Of a stretch of DNA of 51,057 bases, positions 42,435 through 51,057 are shown piece after piece. The stretch lies in NCBI GenBank assembly GCA_036338025.1, contig JAYZDB010000034.1, forward strand, positions 1 through 51,057. Reading direction: 5' to 3'. The position numbers and the translations under genes were made by a program. Under the pieces are notes generated by a model that was given only the letters and a program-made list of their open reading frames with translations, was not told where the DNA came from and searched no databases. Positions within the stretch are counted from its first letter, which is position 1. The number at the start of each line of letters is the position of its first letter. The DNA is from Planctomycetota bacterium (GTDB lineage: Bacteria > Planctomycetota > UBA1135 > UBA2386).

Positions 42435-43223
42435 ATGATCCGCGCCCCAATCTCGTCTACCAGCGCGCCGCTACCACCTGTGAAGACCCCGTCGGATTCC
42501 CTCCCACTGCCATCCTGCCGCGCGTCGGTCTGGCTGCTGTTGGCGACAGGGATCAGCGCCTGTGGATCTCTGCAGTGGGACTACAAGATCCCCAATGGAG
42601 GCGACGAAGGCGACGCGGCCCAATACCAGCCAGACGGCCCGATCCCGGGACTCGGAGCAGGAGAAGCCGTGGCGTTCTTACGCTACTCGGCGACCGGAGA
42701 CTTCGTCGGCCCGTTTCCTACCGATGTGGTTGAGATTTCGATCCACGATCCACGCGCCGGTGGCAGGGGCGCCACAATCCAAGCACAGGAGGCGGCATTC
42801 CGAGTCTCAGGAAACGACACGAGCAACCCCACTGCCGGTTACGGTCGCGGTGGGACCTTTGAAGGCAGCGGAAAGGGGACGTGGACACATGGAGGCGGCC
42901 AGGGTGCAAGTGTCATCCCTCAGGCGCTCGTAGTGCAGACACGCATCGATTCGCCTCGCGTCTATAGACAAGGCGACGAATTCGATCTGCTCTTCGAGTG
43001 CAATAACACCGGCGGGCGTACCATCGCCGAAATCGTCCTCGTCGATTACCTGGATTCTCGCCTACTGGTCTCGAATCCGCGCGGCGCCACGGTGACCAGG
43101 CAAGACGCTGGAACCCGCGTACGCTGGCAAAAATCACTGCGTCTCGCGCCGGGGGAATCGACACGATTTCAGCTGACCTGCCGGGTCAAGCCAGACAACC
43201 GCAACAAGAAGACACTCAACTAG
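42435..43223 (+). CDS. Lipoprotein with a C-terminal DUF11-like (conserved repeat) beta-sandwich domain
   Basis: ORF 42360..43223; ATG at 42435. The lipobox is WLLLATGISAC. The C-terminus, FDLLFECNNTGGRTIAEIVLVDYLDSRLLV...GESTRFQLTCRVK, resembles DUF11. Confidence 0.65.
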   Translation: MIRAPISSTSAPLPPVKTPSDSLPLPSCRASVWLLLATGISACGSLQWDYKIPNGGDEGDAAQYQPDGPIPGLGAGEAVAFLRYSATGDFVGPFPTDVVEISIHDPRAGGRGATIQAQEAAFRVSGNDTSNPTAGYGRGGTFEGSGKGTWTHGGGQGASVIPQALVVQTRIDSPRVYRQGDEFDLLFECNNTGGRTIAEIVLVDYLDSRLLVSNPRGATVTRQDAGTRVRWQKSLRLAPGESTRFQLTCRVKPDNRNKKTLN

Positions 43224-43244
43224 CAACGTAGCCAACTGACCAAG

Positions 43245-43670
43245 ATGACTCGCTCTCTCTCTCTAGTTCTCCTCGCCGTCGGTCTATTCCAGTCCTGCTC
43301 CAGCACCGCCCTGGTCCGAGTCCTCGGACCAGAGGGGACGCGGGTCTCTATCGGCAACCGCCAGGCCCAATTCGTACCCTTTGACATGCGCATGAGTGGC
43401 CGCCAGAAAGTCATGATCAAGGTGGATCGGGAAGTGATGATGAACCTGGGGATGTCGCGACAAGAGATCGACAAGGTTGTGCAAAACGAAACCTCGATAC
43501 TCGAAGGGACCGTGGAAGTCAGAAACACCCCGGACCTGGTGGAACTCAAACTAGAGGACGAAAGCCTGAAGCGGGCGATGTTGAATTACGCCCGTTTCAG
43601 TTGGACGTACTGGGATACCCGCAAACGGACGGTCCTGACCTTCAACGGCAGGGCACGCATGAAGAAGTAG
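43245..43670 (+). CDS. Small hypothetical lipoprotein
   Basis: ATG at 43245. The lipobox is LVLLAVGLFQSC. It lies 21 nt after the preceding gene, and I recognised no family. Confidence 0.6.
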   Translation: MTRSLSLVLLAVGLFQSCSSTALVRVLGPEGTRVSIGNRQAQFVPFDMRMSGRQKVMIKVDREVMMNLGMSRQEIDKVVQNETSILEGTVEVRNTPDLVELKLEDESLKRAMLNYARFSWTYWDTRKRTVLTFNGRARMKK

Positions 43671-43726
43671 CAAGGCCCGAAGTTCGCTAGCGGCGCGGAC
43701 AATCCCTTCAATAGCCCCGCTACGCC

Positions 43727-43762
43727 AACAGGCCCGACTCGGCGATCCGGGTCGGGCCTGTT
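43727..43762. terminator. Strong GC-rich hairpin between convergent genes (putative bidirectional terminator, no clear U-tract)
   Basis: aacaggcccgac (43727-43738) pairs perfectly with gtcgggcctgtt (43751-43762). The inner tcgg/ccgg extends the stem, leaving the loop cgat. Confidence 0.6.
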
Positions 43763-43779
43763 GCAGTAGAAGATCGCGG

Positions 43780-45228
43780 CTACGAAACCACGAATCGGTC
43801 ACGGTAGTTCCGGGACAGGAACATGTTCCCCAACTGAGCATTTTCGCCGACGAAGGTCTCAGCCTTGCTGTCGAACTGCAACATCGGGCCAAGATCGAAT
43901 CCATCCGTCAACAGAATCTTGTTCTTGACAAGGTGCTGACGGAACCGGGCAAACGACTCATTTGCGTCATCATCCGAACCAAACGGAGTGTCGGACTGCG
44001 AGAGCTTCTGGGTTGCACCAATGCAATACGGAATGTTGCCGAGGTGGCACGCAGCAGCGGACAGGTGACCCTCGAGGGCCCCGGTTGTCAACTTGGCGTG
44101 TTTACCACTCATGACGGCATCGAGGAAATTCTGGAAGTGGTTACCACCACCACGGAAGGTCTGGATCTCCTTGCCGTCGTTGTCGAAAGCCGAGCACTTT
44201 GAGTAGCTACCGATGACCAGGTAGCCGTTCTCGCAATGAAAGACGACGCCAATCTTGGCACCCTTGAAGGCTGGAGTAGGCAAACCGCGCACCTCAAAAA
44301 TAAGCTTCTGATCGCCGTAGTCCATGCTGGTGACCAGGGTGTTGGGCGTGTTGCCGTCATCATCGTAACCCAGGCGACCGCCGCAACTGATGACGCGATC
44401 CGGCAGGCCGGAGCAGCCGAGTCCCCAGCGCGCAATATCCATCTGGTGCACGCCCTGATTCCCGATGTCCCCGTTGCCGGTGTTGAAGTCCCAGTGCCAG
44501 TCGTAGTGCAGGCTCTTGCGCCGCAAGGGCACCAGGTCGGCAGGGCCGGTCCACAGATCATAATCACAGTTTTCTGGGATCTTCTGGGGACCGTTGACCT
44601 TGCCAATGCTGCCGCGTCGCTTGTAACACAGCGCACGCGCGACCTTGATCTTGCCGAGGTTGCCGGCCTGCAGCCAGGCGATGGCCTCACGGGTGGCCTG
44701 GTGCGATCGAGCTTGTGTGCCATGCTGGACGAACCGTCCGCTCTTGGCGGAGGCTTCGACCAACTTGCGGCCCTCGAAGACATTGTGGCTCAGAGGCTTT
44801 TCTACGTAGACATGCTTGCCTGCTTGCAGCGCCCAGATCGTAGCTAGCGAGTGCCAGTGGTTGGGCGTCGCAACGGTGATGGCGTCGACATTTGGATCCT
44901 CGATGAGAGTCCGGAGATCCTTGTGATACTTGGCGTTCGGAACCGCCTTCATGGCACCGCCGATGACGGCTTCGTCCGCATCGCAAATCGCGACGACTTC
45001 CGAATCCTTCGATTTCTTGAACGCACCAACATGGGCGCGGCCACGACCACGAACACCAATGACCCCAACCCGGACCGGCTCGTCTCTGGGTTCAAGATCT
45101 GGTAGCGAGAACTCAGCTTGTGCAGAGCCACGCGGACCACCAGTACTCGGGACCACACATGCGGCTGCAGCTGCGCCTGTAACAGCCAACGAATCCTCCA
45201 GAAACTCTCTGCGGGTCACATTGCCCAT
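43780..45228 (-). CDS. TAT-signal Gfo/Idh/MocA family oxidoreductase
   Basis: ATG at 45228. The twin-arginine signal is VTRREFLEDSLAVTGAAAAA. The Rossmann motif is VRVGVIGVRGRGRAHV...VVAICD, followed by HVYVEKP. Confidence 0.85.
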   Translation of the reverse strand: MGNVTRREFLEDSLAVTGAAAAACVVPSTGGPRGSAQAEFSLPDLEPRDEPVRVGVIGVRGRGRAHVGAFKKSKDSEVVAICDADEAVIGGAMKAVPNAKYHKDLRTLIEDPNVDAITVATPNHWHSLATIWALQAGKHVYVEKPLSHNVFEGRKLVEASAKSGRFVQHGTQARSHQATREAIAWLQAGNLGKIKVARALCYKRRGSIGKVNGPQKIPENCDYDLWTGPADLVPLRRKSLHYDWHWDFNTGNGDIGNQGVHQMDIARWGLGCSGLPDRVISCGGRLGYDDDGNTPNTLVTSMDYGDQKLIFEVRGLPTPAFKGAKIGVVFHCENGYLVIGSYSKCSAFDNDGKEIQTFRGGGNHFQNFLDAVMSGKHAKLTTGALEGHLSAAACHLGNIPYCIGATQKLSQSDTPFGSDDDANESFARFRQHLVKNKILLTDGFDLGPMLQFDSKAETFVGENAQLGNMFLSRNYRDRFVVS

Positions 45229-45243
45229 CGCTCAATCCTCTCT

Positions 45244-46035
45244 CTAGTCGATTTCACACAAGATACGGAGACCGAGATGGTTGCCATCAGGAACCCACCA
45301 GACTCCAGGGGGGACGTTTGGGTCTTCGAGGACCCAGTCATCCTCGAATCCTAGCCGACTCTCGGGTGTCAGTCTCGCAGCAGGATCTTCCCACGATCCG
45401 CCGCGCAGTACTGCCCGACCTGGTTCCTTGGGGCTGAACGGGTTGCCGCAGTATTCCCACAGGTTTCCCAGGGTGTCGTGTAGCCCGTGCTGGTTCGGTC
45501 GCTTCTGGCCAGCTGCCTGGGTCATTTCGTCGCTATTTACCTCGAACCAGGCAAATTCCGACAGCGGCCCCGACGGCACCGGGCCACAGGCCAGCAACCA
45601 CTCCGACTCGGTTGGCAGGCGAAATCGGCGTTTGAAATTCTTGGAGAGCCACTCGCAATACCGCTTGGCGGCGTTCCAACTCATCCCTACCGCCGGTCGG
45701 CGGCCGAGGCCCCAGTCACGGTCAAAGGGAGCAACATCTTCGAGTGGCTTGGACGGCCGTGAAATGCCATCGACACCCTTACCCGCCTCGCGGGCGGGGT
45801 TTTCGAAATCGCAGTAGACCAGATACTCGTCCCAGGTGACTTCAGTCTTGCCGATCCAGAATCCCCCCTCGGGAATCCAGACCATTTCAAACGACACCTC
45901 CGTGCCGGGAATGGTGAGGCGGAGATTCTCGCGCTTCACGATCTTGTCCGAAGCAGCTTCACAGCCGACGGCAGTGCCGATCAGGACATAGGCCAAGCCA
46001 GCTAGGACAAGTGAGTGAGGCCACATGAACTGCAT
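45244..46035 (-). CDS. Formylglycine-generating enzyme (SUMF1/FGE-sulfatase) family protein
   Basis: ORF 45244..46089. The start is probably the ATG at 46035 (MQFMWPHSLVLAGLAYVLIGTAVGC). Motifs: FWIGKTEVTWDEY, RPAVGMSWNAAKRYCEWLS, FRLPTESEW, GLHDTLGNLWEY, VLRGGSW. Confidence 0.85.
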   Translation of the reverse strand: MQFMWPHSLVLAGLAYVLIGTAVGCEAASDKIVKRENLRLTIPGTEVSFEMVWIPEGGFWIGKTEVTWDEYLVYCDFENPAREAGKGVDGISRPSKPLEDVAPFDRDWGLGRRPAVGMSWNAAKRYCEWLSKNFKRRFRLPTESEWLLACGPVPSGPLSEFAWFEVNSDEMTQAAGQKRPNQHGLHDTLGNLWEYCGNPFSPKEPGRAVLRGGSWEDPAARLTPESRLGFEDDWVLEDPNVPPGVWWVPDGNHLGLRILCEID

Positions 46036-46066
46036 CCTACACACGAAACCCGCATCCACCTGCAGT

Positions 46067-47209
46067 TCATCCGTTTCTGGAATCAACAAGGACTTGGAAC
46101 AGAGCCTCGGTCTTGCGACTCATCAAACTGACATCGAAGCGATCCTGCGCGCGTTGCATGCCAGCCGCACCCAAACGTCGTGCGAGTTCCGGGTCGTCAA
46201 TCAGCTTCTGAATAGACTCGGTCAGACCCCCGACATCCGCAACCTCTACGTGCAGACCGGAAATCCCGCTTTCGAGCACTTCACGCATGCCGCCGACCCG
46301 AGAGGCGATGCAAGGGACACCAGTCGACACCGCTTCGAGCAGGGCAACGCCAAGACCCTCATAGCGCGAGGGCAAACAGAAAAGGTCGGCAGCTGCCAGG
46401 GCATCGGGCACGTAGTCAATCTGACCAGGGATACGGACCTCAAACTGGTCCGGGAGCTGGTTGGCCTGCCCGATCAGCTTCTCACGCTCAGGACCATCAC
46501 CACCAAACAACCATACCAGACGTTTGCCGGCCGGGATCTGCACCGCCGCCAAGGCCTCGAGCAACACGTCGTGGGCTTTTCGGGCATGCAGCGAAGCGAT
46601 GGTAACACCGAGGACGTCATCGTCACCGAGCTGCAAGCGCTGGCGAGCCGTGCGGCGACGTTCAGGTTCCCGGAGCACACCGAAGCGTCCAGTATCGACC
46701 CCCTCGTTGATCAAATGTACCGTCGAGGGATCGACGCCAATCTTGAGGATCGCCTCCTGAACTCCCTTCGATATTGCCACCACCGCATCAACCGCACTTC
46801 GATAGGCCCATCGATGGAACCAGGTATTGCGGATCGGATAGTCCATGCGCCGAGTGACGACTCTCGGCGGTAACGACCTGGCAAACACGCCGGCGACCGA
46901 ACCGATCTTGTGGCTGCGAGAGCAGGCCAGGTGAATGAGATCCGGGGCCAGTGACCGGTAGTACTTGCGGAGTCCTAGAGCCGCGATCGGATCGTAGTTG
47001 CTACGAAACCGGACCTCGTGACAAGGCAGGCCGAGATCGCGGACGCTGTCGCGGAACATGGCGCCGGAATTGAGCACCAACACCTGGTCGTGCCCCCGCT
47101 CCTGGAGGTGTCGAATGGTCGCGAGCAACTGGTTCTCGCCACCCGAGAATCCGCGCTCCGCCAACACGTGAAGGATCCTCAACGGTCGACTCCTGACTAC
47201 CGGGCTCAA
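46067..47209 (-). CDS. Glycosyltransferase family 4 (GT-B fold)
   Basis: The TTG at 47209 overlaps the upstream TGA (TTGA). An alternative TTG at 47182 would give the canonical N-terminus MRILHVLAERGFSGGE. The C-terminal motif is LPSRYEGLGVALLEAVSTGVPCIASRVGGMREV. Confidence 0.85.
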   Translation of the reverse strand: MSPVVRSRPLRILHVLAERGFSGGENQLLATIRHLQERGHDQVLVLNSGAMFRDSVRDLGLPCHEVRFRSNYDPIAALGLRKYYRSLAPDLIHLACSRSHKIGSVAGVFARSLPPRVVTRRMDYPIRNTWFHRWAYRSAVDAVVAISKGVQEAILKIGVDPSTVHLINEGVDTGRFGVLREPERRRTARQRLQLGDDDVLGVTIASLHARKAHDVLLEALAAVQIPAGKRLVWLFGGDGPEREKLIGQANQLPDQFEVRIPGQIDYVPDALAAADLFCLPSRYEGLGVALLEAVSTGVPCIASRVGGMREVLESGISGLHVEVADVGGLTESIQKLIDDPELARRLGAAGMQRAQDRFDVSLMSRKTEALFQVLVDSRNG

Positions 47210-48513
47210 CTACCGGAGATCTGTCGCAACGATTCACCGTCACGAGCCTTGTCCCCGGTCGCGCAATCTTCGCTAAACGGATTGAAAATCAAGCTGGGCG
47301 AAACCGGGTCATCCGGACACTCCAACTGCGACGTACCCGACAAGATCGCGAGGATGTCCGCGACCCGGTCCTGGTATCGGTGCTGTTTCGTCACGAGTTC
47401 ACAACCCTCCGCAGCGATCTCGAGACGCTGGTCTTCGTGTTCGAGGTAGTAATCAACCTTGTCCAGACACTCCTGCTTGCTCTTGAACCAGGCCAGATGC
47501 TTGCCATCCTCGAAGAGGTCCTCGGTGCCTGGGACGTACCTGATCAAGTGGAACCCACGGCATGCCAGGGTCAGAAAGATCCGGTTGCTGAAATAGTAGG
47601 CGTTCTCGTGGTTCTGGTTGAGCCCAAGGACAATCTTGCTACGCGCGCAAATCTGGCCGTACTCCGAGGGGCCGATCTCGCGGCCGAACCTGAGGCCTGG
47701 GAACTTGTGCAACGTCGGCAGCCAGGACTTGATGATCCCGAAGACTTCGACGTCGTAGTGCTCGGACAGCCAGGCGAGAAACTCGGGTCGGTTTTCGCCC
47801 ATGATGCCGGGTCCACCAATGAACGCAATCTCCCGGTCGTACTCGATCGGCCGGGGGATATCAGCGGGACCATGGAATGCCGGTGAGTAGCCACTCAAAA
47901 GGAAGGTAGCGTTCCCGATACCGCGTTCGCGGTATTCCCTCACCAGTCGCGGTGTCGACATGCAAAGGAGCCGTGCATCGCGGACGTAGTCAACCTGCCA
48001 ATCCCTGATCTCGAACGGCTCTTCTTGCCACACCACCGTCGGAATCTCCTTGGAGAATTCCTTCATCAACTCGCGTGGCAGATCGTGGTAGAAGACGAAT
48101 AGAAGATCGGGATCGTACCGCTTGCAGATATGGCGGACCAGAAAGCGCATTCCGGGCTTGGTGAAGTAGCGCTTCAGGAAGGAGCAGTTCAGCCACTTGA
48201 CCTCGACACCATTCTGTTCGAGCGCGTCGACAAGCGCGGCGGTACATCGGGTCCTCGCCTTGGTCTTACCAAAGAACAGCACCTTTTTCGGGCGTATGGG
48301 CGCCCAAGTCTTGGTTCCGGTTATGGCATTCCCATTCGTGCCGACGTGACCATTCCTCGCGTGACCATCTACGGACCCCGGGTCACTCTCCACCGGCTGT
48401 CCGTCCGCCATTTCATCTTGGTTCACACTGTGTCGCATGAGATTCGCCGGAATTCGATCAACGCCGGGACCTGATACCCCGGCGACTTTCGGGCGACGAT
48501 CATGCCGAGACAT
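47206..48513 (-). CDS. CgeB-family (DUF3880 / Glyco_trans_1_2-like) glycosyltransferase with an unstructured N-terminal extension of about 80 aa
   Basis: ATG at 48513. Motifs: KVLFFGKTK...ALEQNGVEVKWLN and IVLGLNQNHENAYYFSNRIFLTLACRGFHLIRYVPGTEDLFEDGKHLAWFKSKQECLDKVDYYLEHEDQRLEIAAEG. Confidence 0.75.
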   Translation of the reverse strand: MSRHDRRPKVAGVSGPGVDRIPANLMRHSVNQDEMADGQPVESDPGSVDGHARNGHVGTNGNAITGTKTWAPIRPKKVLFFGKTKARTRCTAALVDALEQNGVEVKWLNCSFLKRYFTKPGMRFLVRHICKRYDPDLLFVFYHDLPRELMKEFSKEIPTVVWQEEPFEIRDWQVDYVRDARLLCMSTPRLVREYRERGIGNATFLLSGYSPAFHGPADIPRPIEYDREIAFIGGPGIMGENRPEFLAWLSEHYDVEVFGIIKSWLPTLHKFPGLRFGREIGPSEYGQICARSKIVLGLNQNHENAYYFSNRIFLTLACRGFHLIRYVPGTEDLFEDGKHLAWFKSKQECLDKVDYYLEHEDQRLEIAAEGCELVTKQHRYQDRVADILAILSGTSQLECPDDPVSPSLIFNPFSEDCATGDKARDGESLRQISGS

Positions 48514-48657
48514 AACGATCTTTACACATAATTTCCCTCCGGCCTAGTTTCACCAGCCGCGCAATGGGGATTCCGCCGACAAGTTCCTGCGCCTGGACCG
48601 AGCGAAATCGCACGAGTCGCAACTTCCAACCCAAACGCAACGCGTGGGAAACGCCTG

Positions 48658-49077
48658 CTAGCCCTCTGCGGAGAGTTCCCGGACCTGAGACGCAGGCACC
48701 AAGAAGAACCGGCCAATCGCGACTTCCAGAGGTGCTCCGGTATCGCAGATCTCGAACTTGTAGCTGCCCTCCATGGTGCCCCAACGGGTCCGCAACGGGC
48801 AGGTGCTGGTGTATTCATAGCTCTCGCCCGGGGCGAGGATCGGGTAGTCACCAACAACACCAGCGCCCTCGACATCCTCCCGCTCGTTGTAGGCATCACG
48901 GATGATCCAGTGGCGGGTCAGCAACTTGACGGTCTCGTGACTCTCGTTCGAGATTACGATCCGGTACATGAAGAGGAAAAACGGCGTGTCGGGATCCGAT
49001 TCTTCCGCCACGTAGTGCGCAGCTGCCCGCACACGGATGTCATGGGTGGCTTCGTTCGAGTTCGGAGACTGGGTCAT
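48658..49077 (-). CDS. apaG: ApaG (DUF525) protein
   Basis: ORF 48658..49209. The start is set to the ATG at 49077 (MTQSPNSNEATHDIRV). Motifs: FLFMYRIVISNES...LLTRHWIIRDAYNEREDVEGAGVVGDYPILAPGESYEYTS. Confidence 0.85.
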   Translation of the reverse strand: MTQSPNSNEATHDIRVRAAAHYVAEESDPDTPFFLFMYRIVISNESHETVKLLTRHWIIRDAYNEREDVEGAGVVGDYPILAPGESYEYTSTCPLRTRWGTMEGSYKFEICDTGAPLEVAIGRFFLVPASQVRELSAEG

Positions 49078-49109
49078 CGGTTCGGGGTCTTGCAACAGAT
49101 ACCTACAAC

Positions 49110-49292
49110 CTAACCACACTTGCAATTGATGCAACGGTCTGGATTCCGGCAGAAAGTGGGCCAGCCGACCGGTTTTTCCCGACTCGGCGACATCGCTGGC
49201 AGACCCCAAGCAGGTTGGAAAGCTGACATTTCGATGCTAAGGCACTTGCCGATTCCAGCGCTGCGAGAAAACTTTGGCTCGGCAGGGCTCAA
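49110..49292 (-). CDS. Speculative small ORF (60 codons) with a Cys-rich C-terminus, overlapping the radical SAM stop
   Basis: The TTG at 49292 overlaps the rSAM TGA (TTGA, 49289-49292); internal ATGs lie at 49229 and 49193. The product ends FCRNPDRCINCKCG-TAG. GC3 counted by hand is about 58 percent, which looks lower than neighbouring genes, so the coding evidence is weak. Confidence 0.25.
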   Translation of the reverse strand: MSPAEPKFSRSAGIGKCLSIEMSAFQPAWGLPAMSPSREKPVGWPTFCRNPDRCINCKCG

Positions 49293-50473
49293 CCCTTCGG
49301 AGAAGACTGCTTGTTGCCCCGCCGGACTTTTGCCCGGTGGCTGAAAGAAGCCAGAACGTCAGGTCGCCCCATGTTCGCGACCGAACAGTTCGCGCAAACA
49401 TCGCGCAGTTCCATATGACGAATCTGACGCCGGAGCTCGGTGAAGTCCTTGCCGGTCCAGATCTCCTCAAAAGTCTGGGTGTTGAAGTCACCAAAGGTCG
49501 AGAACTCGAACCAGGACCCGCAGGGAAACACAGTCCCGTCAGGGTTCACATGGATGTAATACCAGGGGAAGTAACAGGCCCGCTGGTGATCTTCCTTCTT
49601 CTTGGCCTTGAGAAGAAACTCGTCGATCTTGTGGTTGAGGTACTGGGCAACGTTGTAGGAACCCTCGACGCCCTTCATCTCCGCGGACTGAAGAAGCGCT
49701 GAGCCACCGCCGTCCGAGCTACGGGCCGCGTCGGTCACCGTGTCCGCGGCGATCTTCTCCGGGATCTCCATCGGGATCATGGCTTCGATCCCAACCTCGT
49801 CGGCGACGCGACGCATTTCTCGCAGGGTCTCGTTGCAGAGCTTGGGGTCGTTCATGAGGGTCTCATCTTCGATTCCAAGCCCACCCATGACCGCCATGTG
49901 GACAAAGTTCATCTGCGTGACACCCTTGGTCGCCATCAGGCGGATCAGGTCGGGCATCTCACGGATGTTCGAACGCATCAAGACCGCCGTCGCGGACAAA
50001 CGAGGGAACTCCGAACCGGACATATCCTTGATCTCTTTGACGAGATCGAAGCGGTCCATCAACGTGTCCCACTTGCCTGGAGGTCGGATTCGCTCAAAGG
50101 TTTCCTTGGTCGCTGCATCAACCGATACGGTCAGTAAGGGCATCTGTACCTCGATGCACTTCTCCATGATCTTCCGGCTCATGGCGAACAGGTTGGTGGA
50201 GAAGTGGAAGTTCGGCACCTCGTGCTCTCTACACAGCTCGAGTGCGCGCGGCAGATCCTTGGCGAGAAGGGGCTCCGCACTCGAAGACAGAACTACATCG
50301 TGGGCCCGGGGGAAGAGGTCATTGCCGACCTTCTCCAGCAACTCCCCGCCCATCGTCACCGGGCTCTCCTTGAAGTCCGGGTGGGCGAAGTGACACATCA
50401 CACACCGCAGCTGGCAGCGGGTGACCATGTCCAATTTCACGCGCAGGAATCGCTTTTCTCGGATGACGGGCAT
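49289..50473 (-). CDS. Radical SAM enzyme with a C-terminal SPASM/twitch-like Cys cluster
   Basis: ORF 49289..50764. The start is set to the ATG at 50473 (MPVIREKRFLRVKLDMVTRCQLRCVMCHF, containing the CxxxCxxC motif). The C-terminus is CYFPWYYIHVNPDGTVFPCGSW...RDVCANCSV. Confidence 0.8.
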   Translation of the reverse strand: MPVIREKRFLRVKLDMVTRCQLRCVMCHFAHPDFKESPVTMGGELLEKVGNDLFPRAHDVVLSSSAEPLLAKDLPRALELCREHEVPNFHFSTNLFAMSRKIMEKCIEVQMPLLTVSVDAATKETFERIRPPGKWDTLMDRFDLVKEIKDMSGSEFPRLSATAVLMRSNIREMPDLIRLMATKGVTQMNFVHMAVMGGLGIEDETLMNDPKLCNETLREMRRVADEVGIEAMIPMEIPEKIAADTVTDAARSSDGGGSALLQSAEMKGVEGSYNVAQYLNHKIDEFLLKAKKKEDHQRACYFPWYYIHVNPDGTVFPCGSWFEFSTFGDFNTQTFEEIWTGKDFTELRRQIRHMELRDVCANCSVANMGRPDVLASFSHRAKVRRGNKQSSPKG

Positions 50474-50617
50474 GAGCTGGACAGGAGTATACAGAAGGAC
50501 GCAGCCGAAGCAGACCAAAGCAGGACATCGCCCATTCCGACCCGCCCAGCAAGCTCGGTGGCAAGGCCGGTTCGCGGCATATGGTATTCGGGTTTTGCCA
50601 GTGCTGGACTCGAGGGC

Positions 50618-50800
50618 ATGATGGCCTCGCCCATGGGAACGCTGCGTTACGGCACCTCTAGTTGGTCGGAGAAGAGCTGGGTCGGACCGTTCTATCCGAC
50701 GGGGACCCCACCAGGGGACTTCCTCACCCACTACGCTGGCCATGGCCCTGCGACCATTCGGCAACTCGCCGATCAGATACCCGAGGAACTGCGAGGATGA
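50618..50800 (+). pseudogene. 60-codon remnant resembling the N-terminus of a DUF72 (YecE-like) protein
   Basis: The ATG ATG at 50618/50621 opens MMASPMGTLRYGTSSWSEKSWVGPFYPTGTPPGDFLTHYA, matching the DUF72 opening pattern (G-T-S-G/S-W...W...FYP...L..YA). The frame then ends at the TGA at 50798-50800, whereas I recall full DUF72 proteins being several-fold longer. Confidence 0.4.
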
Positions 50801-51057
50801 CCGAGAACACTTCCGAATTGAGCAAGCACTGGCAACTCGACCCCGGGATGACGTTCCTCAACCACGGGTCCTTCGGAGCCTGCCCAACCGTACTGCTTGA
50901 GAAGCAACGGGCAATACAGGATCGCCTCGAACGCGAGCCGGTGGCGTTCTTCATGCGCGAGTTCGAGGGGCTGATGGACGAGGCCCGCGACGCCCTCGGG
51001 AAGTTCCTCAACGCCGATAGCGCCGACCTTGCCCTGATCCCCAACGCCACCGCTGGC
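50797..51057 (+). CDS. Aminotransferase class V-fold PLP-dependent enzyme (isopenicillin-N-epimerase / cysteine-desulfurase-like), 5' partial, running off the window
   Basis: The ATG at 50797 overlaps the preceding TGA (ATGA). The frame is open to the window end: MTENTSELSKHWQLDPGMTFLNHGSFGACP...ADLALIPNATAG. It is not in the ORF track because there is no stop. Confidence 0.75.
   Translation, partial: MTENTSELSKHWQLDPGMTFLNHGSFGACPTVLLEKQRAIQDRLEREPVAFFMREFEGLMDEARDALGKFLNADSADLALIPNATAG

Noticed and set aside
1-51057. CRISPR arrays, tRNA/rRNA genes, transposases, integrases and phage genes
   Set aside because: I saw no regularly spaced direct repeats, no tRNA T-arm-like GGTTCGAATCC-type strings in intergenic regions, and no ORF with transposase, integrase or phage signatures. 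The window looks like core or accessory chromosome without mobile elements.

Overview
GC-rich bacterial chromosomal window with about 40 densely packed protein-coding genes on both strands. I found no rRNA, tRNA, CRISPR array, transposase or integrase. The gene content suggests a PVC/Planctomycetota-like aquatic organism (inference only): a TAT-signal Gfo/Idh/MocA oxidoreductase, a sulfatase-fold gene plus a formylglycine-generating-enzyme gene, a PA14/multi-heme cytochrome coupled to a beta-propeller dehydrogenase, an octaheme-TPR protein and many EF-hand-bearing secreted proteins. Recognisable housekeeping or metabolic genes are aroE, metF, tatD, apaG, a ribose-type sugar ABC transporter, a THUMP RNA methyltransferase, a stand-alone NuoF-like flavoprotein, and an operon of Rieske oxygenase, GcvT-like protein and two FAD oxidoreductases. 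The ORF track uses GTG/TTG starts shown as M, which I verified at several sites, and many of its ORFs are antisense shadow ORFs or 5'-over-extended; I re-set starts where the DNA supports it. Main hunt results follow. (1) Two tandem thioredoxin-fold paralogs: the upstream one is interrupted by an in-frame TGA exactly at the first position of a UxxC (CxxC-type) motif and is followed by a SECIS-like hairpin, making it a candidate selenoprotein, while its partner has SxxS. (2) A 1276-aa protein of CarboxypepD_reg-like repeats, most carrying Arg/Gly/Asp-rich inserts, ending in an EF-hand pair and an RGG tail. (3) A CotH kinase gene separated by one in-frame TAG from a signal-peptide/EF-hand module and translationally coupled to a DUF3810 metallopeptidase-like gene. 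(4) A sulfatase-fold protein that lacks the formylglycine Cys/Ser. (5) A radical SAM/SPASM gene coupled to a small Cys-rich ORF. All family assignments come from motif recognition by eye; no database search was run.
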